DNA of 64,000 nt from Chrysomallon squamiferum (lineage: Eukaryota; Animalia; Mollusca). The stretch covers positions 46,004,001 to 46,068,000 of the forward strand of contig CM022665.1 in NCBI GenBank assembly GCA_012295275.1, written 5' to 3'. The notes beneath the pieces are model-generated. The model saw only the letters and a program-made list of their open reading frames with translations. It had not been told where the DNA came from and did no database searches. The position numbers were made by a program, and so were the translations under genes. Shown one piece after another: positions 25,501-36,800 of the stretch. Numbering within the stretch: the first letter of the stretch is position 1; every line of letters starts with the position of its first letter.

Positions 25501-28379
25501 TTGTGTAACTGGTTATATTGTCTCTAGTTACCAGTCTTTGCTAATAATAAAGTATAATAATAATGTGACAGGCAAAGTTTGAAAAGTGAACAGAAGCAGG
25601 CTGCAACACTTTTATGTGTGTGTTAAAGCCTCATTTCTTTTAAACTGCTTTATTATTTACAATTTATATAAAATAAAGATTGAAAAAAGTGATGTTAGAA
25701 CACATTTTGGGGGTATTTATGTCAAAAGTAGCTTTATGTGAAAATAATGACATTTATCAACATTAAAAAAAGGAAACACTATGTTGAGAGTTTTAAAGTA
25801 GATACGGATTGTTCTGGAACTTAGAAGAAGAAAATGGCTGTGTTAAAGTTTTATTTCGGGTTTTTAGATCGGCAGGTGCAAGTACAACATCGTGAGAAAC
25901 GGTGACACTAAACATCTCTGTGACGATGTCTGCTTTAGACACTTCCGCGCCAATCCAACTCAGTTTCTGAAAGGAGCCCCCGCAGCCACAACCACAACCA
26001 CAACAACTGCATCTACAACAGTCTCGCACACCACAATCAAATCACCAACGACACGATCGAGAACTGGTTCCCTGCCAGCATCGTCGCCACGCACGTACCG
26101 AGAAGAGCCTGACATTCCCGTCATCGACAGCCCAGCGCCTGCTTCCCAGACCACAGCACCTGCAGCAGCAGCACCACCACCTTTATCAGCCGCCATTATA
26201 CCACCACCTGCACCTGCAGTGGCCAGCAACGACCCTGCCTCCCAGTACAAGACGTGTTCGGTGTGCCAGCTGATGAACATCAACACACAGAAACCGTTCA
26301 TCAACTGGCAGGGTTTCGACTTCTGCGGCGAGAGCTGCCTCAGTAAGTACCAGGCGACCCTGAGCTCTTCCTGCGCTTACTGCGCGACATTCATTCCAGC
26401 TAACTCCCGAGTCCTGCACCCGACGAAAGTGGGGAACGAAGTGAGGCTGCTGTGCACCAGCAAGTGTCTGTCCGAGTTCAAGAAGAGGCTGCGACTCTGT
26501 GCCTTCTGCCAGACAGATCTGTCAGGCTGCCCGGACTCGTTCTCGGCACCCATTGGGCCGCAGACGTTCCGCGAGTTCTGCAGCCAGGCCTGTCTGAAGA
26601 AGTTCGAGGACAAGAACAACGACGTGGAGATAATCGGCTACGAGACGAGCAAACCGAAAACGGCCGCCAAGTGCTCCGTGTGTCACAAGATAACGACCGT
26701 CAAGCACAACATCAAACTGAACGGCGTGCTGAACCGACTGTGCAGCGACCCCTGCCTCTCCGCCTTCCAGTACACCAACAAGCTGGCGATGAACACCTGC
26801 GACAACTGCGGAGGCCTGTGTCCCACCGAGGAGACCGTCTCGCACTTCATCCAGTTCGAGGGGCAGCAGAAGCGGTTCTGCAAGGACACGTGCGTGAACG
26901 CTTTCCGCACGATCAACCGGAAGATCGTGCCGTGCGCCTGGTGTGGAACGAAGAAGCCCAACTTCGACATGATCGAGAGGGTGGATTCCAACAACAAGTA
27001 CCAGCTGTTTTGTTCGCTCAACTGTCTGTCGCTGTACCGCGTCAACCTGCAGGCGAAGTCGAACCAGTCGGTCAGCTGCGATTACTGCCACAAGTTCGTG
27101 CCTGCTCAGTACCACCTGACGATGAGCGACGCGTCAGTGAGGAACTTCTGCTCCTACAACTGCGTGATGGTGTTCCAGTCGCAGTTCAGTGCTAACAAGT
27201 CGTCTTCTCAGCCTACAATACATTCCCAGCCTACCAAAATACAGCTGCAGCAGAAACCTACTGTCAGAGGTAAGTTGTCTATATTTTTCTTTCTTTTTTT
27301 ATTCTTTGTTTTGGTTTTTTTTAAAAGTTTTTATAATACCTTTCGTAATTTAGTATCTGGGTATGTATATGCTTGTGAGCAAAAACAATATTCCTGTTTA
27401 CAGAATTATCTGAACTTGCCTCAGCAAAAATTTAGTCTAAGAATAAAATTATTAAAAACATTTTTAAAATAATTTTAAAAATATTTTTCATGAGCTGTGA
27501 AAAAAAGCCCAGACATTATAATATAGGTTATGAGTTACAAAATGGACATCTAGTGCATTATGTATGACTAGTTTTAAAAATTTATTATTTTCAAGTTGAT
27601 GGGTTTTTTAAAAAAAAATATATTTTAACATTTATATTACAGGTAATGAAAATACATCAGTAATGAACACAAGACGACGACAAGGTAGTTTTGTTATTTT
27701 CAATACAAAAATCAACATTAAGTAACTGCAGGACTACCATTTACATACATGTCTCATATTCTTTAGCAGAGTTTATAAAGTTTTGCTAATATTTATTTAA
27801 TCAGATAATATGTAATTATGATCTTTAAAATCACATCACTGTGATGATGTGAAAGTTAAGAAATGGAGGGCAAGTGTATCTTTTCTTTGTTTGTTTCTTT
27901 CTTTCTTATATTGTTTGTTTGTTTGTTTGTTTGTTTGTTTATTTATTTATATTTTCTTTATTGCCTTTTCAACTGAATTTATTAAAATAAATATTGTATC
28001 TTCCACAGCCAGCCAGAATAGCAACCAACAAGCCTCCTTTCCTATCATTTCTAACGTCGTCTCTCTGGCACCACAAAGTAAGAATACTCTTCTAAAACAG
28101 TAGTATGTGTGGATTTGTTAGTATTACAGATATGTGGATGGATTGATGGATACTGAAACAATAAACTTAATTTGCAGAAGTAGAAAAGTGACGCAAAAAG
28201 AAAAAAAATGAATCATTTGATGTTTTAATATATCAATGTTGAAGATTGCATAATGTAGAAAAAGTTCTTGTTATTTTGTTCTTTTTCTGTGGTAATAGTA
28301 ATATCATATGATATGTGATATATATGATACATGTGATATATATGATATATATGTGTGTATATTTGTGTAGATATGTGTG

Positions 28380-28418
<39 letters not shown>

Positions 28419-31400
28419 ATATAATATAATTTAATGACAGGTTCCCAGAAAGGTCAGACGGTCAACATCAAAACAACTTCAGCTGTACCTGTGATAGTCA
28501 GTGGTCAGTCACAGACAATTCGAGTTGGCGCCAAGGTAACTTTCTTGTATTTACATTAGAATGAATTAATGTTCATTTCCTCAAAATTTTTATAATTCTG
28601 GGCATTTTTTTTTTTTGATAATAAGACATTAATGTTTTTTTCCATCCAGGCATTTTCTTTTTTTATTAATTACATTAATGTTTATTTTATATATTTTTTA
28701 ACATATTTTTATGTCAAGCTCTTTGACAGTCATTTAATTGCATATATTTATCATAATTGTATATTAAAGACAAAATTAACAAGACAGCTTCTGTACTCAA
28801 TTTCTTATAAATGTGAAAGCATACCTTTACGTGTGTGTGTGTGTGTGTGTGTGTGTGGTGGCACGCTATTTCACCAAATAAGGAAACTGCAAGGGTATTT
28901 CATTCAAATAAGGAAACTGAAAAACGTGATTTTGAAGATCAAAGTATATATAGCATGTTGACATTATGATATATGTGATTAAATTAAAGTGATTGGCAAT
29001 TAGTTTCTTCTAGTATTTTACATTTAATGATTTGTTTTGTTCTTCTGATGATGTGAGGTAAAATTCACTTGAAACGAGGACACGAACAGTGGGTCAACTT
29101 ACTTGGCGTTTAGCCCAAAACCAAGTGAAAAACAATGACCAGTATAAAATGTTTGATTCTAGAATAATAAAGAGAGAGCCGGTAATTAATTGTGTCATTA
29201 TTTTTTATGCTACCATGTTTATACAGTGAATTAGTTAAAAATCATTGTTGTTCATTACCATTGTTGTCCATCACGAGCACGAAGTTTGTAACTCATTACC
29301 GTTTCTTTGTTTGTTTACTTCTACACAGCTTTTAATTCCACGATTTACATTCAAACATATTTTTAATAAAATGGCAAAACGTAATAAGAATGATAAGCTA
29401 TATTTCTAGCAGATGTAAACAAAGTTTCATTTTTAAGTTTTGGTTCCAGTGAAGCGAATATTTTCTGGCTCACTCCACGTGATCGACAATCTTTACAAAC
29501 TTGTCGAAATGACGTTTTACCGAAATGACGTTTTACCTTTCCCAACAAATGATAGAGGCTATAATTGTGACCTGGAAGTCATTTATGGTCCAACATCCGC
29601 ATGAAACGCAACATGATTTGAACTTCGACAAATTTCAATTTTTTATGATCTGTGTGCAACAGGATTCGATAGATGACAAAATCAGGTAAGCAAAATACAC
29701 TCTTTTTATTTCTCATATGTTTTTAGTTAAAATTGTAAGATGATGCATTACAATTTAGCATTTTTAGCTAATTTTTGGGTGACTGCTCTGGTGTCTCTGT
29801 GAAATGAACATCATTTAAAAGTAGTGTGTTAAGCGCTGGTGTATCGCTTTTTCAACACTAACGTAATAAAATCAAAAGCTAAAAAATATGAAAGGTAAAT
29901 GAAATAAGCGATTATATTTTTATTTCTATGCCAGCTGATAGTTTCTTGAAGTTGAATTAATTTGTGTTTGATGATGTTGGTTTCATAGGACTGTTGAGGC
30001 AAAGTTGATTTTAGATGTTTCATTGTCCAGTGTAACTTACAACACTAATGTTGAGAAATGGACTCTAAATTTAATTATTAACTATTAATTGTTTTATGTA
30101 CACAAAAATATTCGATATTTTTGTTTTAATTTGACATTTTTTATATTGTTACATAAATTTTATGGTAATGCAAACTGAATATTTAGTTATTGATGTTAGT
30201 TGCAGAAGACACATTGCTGCAGAGTTGGTTAAACTCCTATGTAACTTACATTATTAACGTGTAGTTTTAACTTTTTAAGTAATTACAGTTTTTATTCCTG
30301 TAAATATTACTCATTTGTGCTTCATTTGCCTATTTGGTTATTTTTGCAGAATTTGAGATGGGTTAGGGTACACCTTTGGAGCAAGCACTTGAGCCAGGTC
30401 AGGCTTCACATTGAAGTGTCAGAATTTCAGCGAAGAAAACCGAAATTGTTCCACAAGAAGAAAACAGCATCGAGTCCATGCAGAAAAAGAAAAGTAGTGC
30501 AGAGACTTTGAGCGATTACAGAAAGAGAATAAAGGCAGACCCAGAAAGATATCCAAACGTCTTGGAATACGAAAAACAACCGCGTGAAGCTATTCTTGGC
30601 CAAGCTCACACCAGAAAAGAAAGAGCAGTACCTGAAAGTGACAGACGAACTCGTGAGAAGGTGGAGGGCTGAACAGAGGACTGTGGGAAAGAGTGTCAGC
30701 TCATACGTTGCACCAAGAACCAGAAAAGAAAAGAAGACAAAAAAAAACCACTGTGGAAAATGCAGAAGACTGCGTGGAGAGCCAACAGATCTGAAGAGCA
30801 AAAAGGCAGCAGAAAAAGAAAAAAGAAGGACGAAGCATCTTGAAAAGAAAAGAAAATACAAAGAGGAACCTGCAGCTTCAAGTGTGCCTCTGAATGGCTA
30901 TAAATATATATATATTAAGAAAAAGTAGCTGATGAGATTAGATCCCACTGTTCGTCTGTCCTCCTCGTTGCCTTTTAATATTTAAATAAATAAAAATAGT
31001 CTGTTAGCAGTAATAATATAACAGAACATTTTTTTTTTAATTTTAAGTAGCTGATTACTTTATTTGACGATGCTGTTATTTTTCTGTGAATAAATTAACA
31101 CAGTAAACACTGCATAACTAACGTCGATGTTTTTGGTTACCAGACAGTGACAGCAGGGACAGGGATGCAGCAAGCTACAACAACACAACAGATAATAATT
31201 CAACCTCCTCCTCCGAAACAGATGAAAAACAAATCTTTGCTGTGCAAACCATGCGTACAGACCAAAGCCACGTCGTGTCGACCTCACGTTCAAACCAAAG
31301 AAGTCCAAACAGGTAATTTTATTTATTTAACTCTGAAAAAATCTGTATTAAGCACATTGGTGATGTATTCATTCATTCATTTATTCATTAGACTCGTAAT

Positions 31401-32896
31401 CCATATGCACTGTTTTACGGTATTGTTGTTGTGTTTGTATTCACAGTATATTATTCTGATGTGATAAAACAGTGTATTTAAATATTTAAATCATAGTCTT
31501 TGTGTTGAGAACCATAAAAATTGTATGTATTAGAGTAATTAAATTTGTTGTGGTACCTAACAAGAATATTATTTAAACAGATTAACTTCTGCTTTTATAG
31601 AAAAACAGTTATATAAAGTAATTTTCTATTTAATACTTTTTTTTTTGTCTTTCTTCTCTCTTTTTATTTATTTATTTATTTATTTGTTATCTTTACTTTT
31701 TTTATTTTTTAAAATAATTTATTGTTAAATGTTTGTATTTTCTTCTCATATTTATTTTTATTTTTTTTTTTTTGTTATATATATATATATTTTTTTTTTT
31801 AAATAGAAGAAGGTTGAAAACTTTCACACCTATTTATTTTATTTTATTTATTATTGTTAAATGTTTGTGTTTTCTTTTTTTTTCTTTTTGAACAGAAGAT
31901 GAAGGTTGAAAACTTTTTCTTCTCTTTTTATTTTTAATTCATTTAATTTTTGTGTTTTCTTTCAGAAGGTGACGGTGGGAAGCCTATACTGATTCCTGTT
32001 CCAATTCCAATATACATACCAACTCCACTGGCAATGTATGCCTCTCCAGTACCTCAGTTTATTCCTATTCCAATCCCTATCCCAATACCAATTTTTATTC
32101 CAACCACAAAGAAGTCGGCAGCTAAGATTCTTAAGCAAATAAAGGTATTTCAAAATTGGACGGGCTCCTATAGAAATTTTTTTTTTTTTTTTTTTTTTGA
32201 TGTATTTTTAATGCTGGAATTTTAATTAGTACAGTAAAATGTCCCCCTTTTTTGGCAGATTTGGAATGATCATTTATTTACTGGTATTTTAATATTCTAA
32301 TTAGAAATTCATGACTGGATATATACAAATGCGTAACAGAATGTAATAGAAATGATCTCAAACAATATAAAAATGAAGAAATATTAGAATAATAGTCCTG
32401 ATAATAAAGAAATAAAAAAATATTTGGTAGATAATTAGTATTTTTTTTAAACTTTTAATTTATCATTGTTGTTATTGTTATCATCATTATCATTATAATT
32501 ATTAGTGTTATCATTATGGTATTATCATCATCATTGTCATTGTCATTGTTATCATTATTATTATCATTGACATCATCATTATTGCTATTTAATAAATAAA
32601 AATGTTTTTTTATTTAAAGAAAATTCGTGAGAAGATTCCGGCTGACCCACTGGAGGCGGAGTTGTTGCAGATGGCGCAGGCAGTGGCTGGGGGTGACAAC
32701 GACTCAGACAGTGACTCAGACCACAGCGACACAGAGGAGAAACCAGACGAAGTGGAAGGTAAGTCTACAGCACAGTGTTCATCAGCACGTCAGAACTTCA
32801 CAGCGTGCTTGTGTTCATGTTGGAATATGGTGTTTAATTTAATGCTTGGCTCTTCACATTTGTCAAAGTTAAAAATGAAATTTGTAATTTTTGTAA

Positions 32897-32927
<31 letters not shown>

Positions 32928-33759
32928 TACACACATACACATTATTATATTTTTTTTAATGATCATTTTTATATATATTGTATTTGACTCTACATTCATC
33001 AAAGTTAAGAATGAAGTTTGTATATTTCTTAAATAAATACATATAATATATATATATATATATATATCTATATATGTATGTATATATATGATTATTTTAA
33101 TATATATTTTATTTAATTTAACTTTAAAATAATTGCAGATCAGTCATTCACTTTCAGTAAAAAATAGCTGCTATTAATTTTCACTAAGAAACTTTATTTG
33201 TGATGGAGGGGAAGTTGAGAACTTCTTATCTATACACAAAAACCTTATTTGGTTGATGCCAGATATTAAAATACATACTGATGTTTTTTTTAAAATATTA
33301 ATTAATAATTCCTATTTATTTATTTATTTATTTTCTTTCATATTTTACTGGTGCCTCTGTTGTATATTTTTGTTTGTTTATGACAAACTTGTGAGATAAT
33401 TTGTGTTAATTTTCTATAGAGGAGAAAATCGTGGCACACCAGAATGACATAGACATTCTGGAGAACCAGATTGATCGGAGTGGAGGGGAGGAGGATCTGG
33501 TACAGATGGCACTGAGGATGGCTGAGGAAATAACAGGGCCAGTCCTGGATCTGGAAAGCAATGTTCAGTTGGTCGCTGTAAACAGTGGTGAGAGTTGCTT
33601 TATCCAGGGTGTCCATAATGTGCAGTTTTTTTTTTTGTTATGTAATTTGAAGATTGATTATTTAAACTTTTTTAATTTATTTATTTTTTTATTAATTTTT
33701 TTTTTTAATGTGTTTTTTAAAAGAATTGCATTTAATTTTTTATAAGGTAATTTCTGCAT

Positions 33760-33814
<55 letters not shown>

Positions 33815-36800
33815 GACTGGAAGTATGGGAATTTGCATAAAATATAGGAATGTGTCCTTTAAAAAAAACAATTTTCTTCAGAAAAACATTAATATTTTAA
33901 ATGCAACTCTTGTGTGTGTGGTTTTTTTTTTGGTTTTTTTTATTTAATTTTTATTTATGTTTTTATATCTTATAGTGGTTAGTCCCAAACTTACAACAAA
34001 ACTCTTATGTGGTTTTATTTTTTTTTTTTTTTTTTTTGCTTTGTTTTTCACAGAACCCACCCAAGTGGTTCAAGTCCCAAGACTTACAACAAAACTCTTG
34101 GTTTTCTTTATTTAATTTTTTTTTTTTTTCACAGAACCCACACAAGTGGTTCAAGTCACAAGACTTACAACTAAACTCTTGTGTGTGTATATTTTATTAT
34201 TATTGTTTTTTAATTTTAATTTTTATTTTATTTTTTTCACAGAACCCACCCAAGTGGTTCACGTCCCAAGACTTACAACAAAACTCTTGTGTGTGTTTTA
34301 TTTTTATTATTATTTTTTAAATTTTTTTTTTATCTTTGTTTTTTCACAGAACCCACCCAAATGGTTCAAGTCCCAAGACTTACAACAAAACTTTGTGTGT
34401 GTATATTTTTTTATTATTTTTTTTTAATTTTAATTTTTTTTTTTTTCACAGAACCCACCCAAGTGGTTCAAGTCCCAAGACCGCCCGTACAGGACGACGA
34501 CAACGATGACGACTGGGTTCCCAGCAGAGAGACGCGGGCGCGGCGCGGAAAGCGCAGCTCCACCGGGAGCGGGCGGGGCCGCGGTCGCCAGGCCAAGAAG
34601 CCGCGGGTGGAGACGTACCGCGAGCCGACACCTGAGCCCTCTCCCCCTCCCGTGCAGCAGCCCCCGGCCGACGCCAACATGCACCTGAAGTTCACGTACG
34701 GGGTGAACGCCTGGAAGCACTGGGTCATCCACAAGAACACACTGCTGGAGAAGGTGTCGAAGCGAGGCTCGGGCAAGCTGAAGCTGTTCAAAACGGACCT
34801 GCTGCAGTGCACGGCGGACGAGCTGAACTACTCCCTGTGTCTGTTTGTGAAGGAGGTGAGAAAGCCGAACGGAGAGGAGTACTCCCCCGACAGCATCTAC
34901 TACCTGTGTTTAGGTAAAAACAAAAACATTTTACCTTCTTGTTGTTGTTGTTGTCCTATCATCATCATAATGATAGTGGTAGTGATAACGTTACCTTGTT
35001 GTTGTTGTCTGTCCTATGTCATCATAATGATAGTGATTGTGATAACGTTACCTTGTTGTTGATGTCTGTCCTATGTCATCATAATGATAGTGGTAGTGAT
35101 AATATTGATAGCAGTAACAGTAGTAAATAATGACAAGTTACACTTCTTATAGGTTAATAATAATAATAATAAAAATAATATTGATAGCAGTAATAGTTTT
35201 TGAAAGTCTCACTTATTGCATGTTTATAGTCATATTTATTATAAGTCGGTAATAAGTGATGTTTTTTATTATTTATTAGTGTTATTTTAATCAGTATTAT
35301 CATTAATCATCATTATCAGTTATTATTATATAATAAATTGCTTATTTTCAACTTTTGCTCTGTTTTTTAAACAGAGAAAAGAATTTTATTTTTAATGATT
35401 ATTTTATTTATTTATTTATTTTATTTATTTTATTTTTATATAATTTTTTTCCCCCTAATTTGATCTGTTTTAATGTACACTTACACCTGTCTGTATGTTT
35501 TGTTTCATCTATTACAGGTATTCAGCAGTACCTGTATGAAAACAGTCGAATTGACAACATCTTTACAGACTTCTATTACGAGAAGTTCACAGAATGTCTC
35601 ACAGAAATGTTGTCAAAACACCAGCCAAAAGTAAATGCAGCAGGTATGTGAGAGAAACAGTCCAGTTATCTTTGTTATCCGTAAAATAAAGTTACTCAGC
35701 ATCAAATACAAATCCACTCAATATACCTTATTTTACAAGTAATTCTTACTATATAAGTATTATTATTATTATTTTGTTATTATTATTATTTTTTTTGTTA
35801 TTCTTTATCTCAGTGACTTTTTATTTTGTTCTTTAAAATTCCAAACCAGATACCTTATTCTTTTACAAGTAATCCTTTCTGTATAATATTTTTTTTTTGT
35901 GTGCGTTATTCTTTATCTCTGTGATTTTTTCTTTTGTTCTGCAAAATATGGTTATTTGGCATTGAGTAAAATTCCATGACAGATTCCTTACTTTTACTAG
36001 TAATTTTGTTAGTGTTTGTAAGAATTCATTTATAAATGTACTGTTTACTGTTATTTTTTTTTTTTTTTTTTTGTAATGTTCTACCTGCATAAGGTTATTT
36101 GGTATTAGGTAAACTTCTTTGTCAGATACCTTAATTTTTTACAGGTAATAATTTCTTTCATGTTACTTTGTCAGTGACATTTTGTTTTATTCTGTAAAAA
36201 AAAGTAATTCCACATCAGATTTTTTATTTCTATTTGTGTTACATTTTGTGTTACTTTATCTGAGTTTCCTATTTATTTTGTTCTCCCTGTAAAATATGGT
36301 TATTTGGCAACGATTAAAATTGTATGTGATATTTTCAGGTAATTCTTTCTTTATATATTTTATAAATAATTCTTTTGTCATCTTTCTTAATAATTACTAG
36401 TTTAGTTACTTTATGTTCATGACTTTTTGTTTCATTTGTAAAATAAGGTTATTTGGCAACAACAAAAATTGCATGTCTTATTTTTACAGGTAATTTTTTT
36501 CTTTATCTTTCTTTACAAGTATTAGTTCAGTTACTTTATCTCAGTGACTTACTGTTTTGTTGTTCAGGTCAGATGCTGTGTAGAATTGAGGAAGAACATC
36601 TTTGGGAGTGCAAACAACTTGGGGCTCATTCCCCCTACGTGCTGCTGAACACACTGATTTACTTCAACACCAAACACTTCATGCTGAAGACGATAGACGA
36701 CCACATGAAGCTGTCGTTTGCGCACATCCTCAAACACTGGAAGAAAGGGGTGCCTCCCACCTCGACGCGCACGCCCATGAACCAGGTGGGGCGGAGCGTG

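Noticed and set aside
25960-27195. Long alternative-frame and antisense ORFs (26452-27195, 26522-27115 and others)
   Set aside because: Explained by very high GC3 of ZMYM exon 5 depleting stops in other frames; no recognisable domain
29040-29100. CTGATGA...hairpin...GAAAC resembling a hammerhead ribozyme core (also CTGATGAG at about 30929)
   Set aside because: Stem II closing pair is U-U, stems I and III cannot be formed, and the second site lacks GAAA
33975-34480. Repeat-spacer-like array that could be mistaken for CRISPR
   Set aside because: Eukaryotic intron; the spacers are poly-T tracts and the repeat is a copy of the exon 13 start; no cas genes
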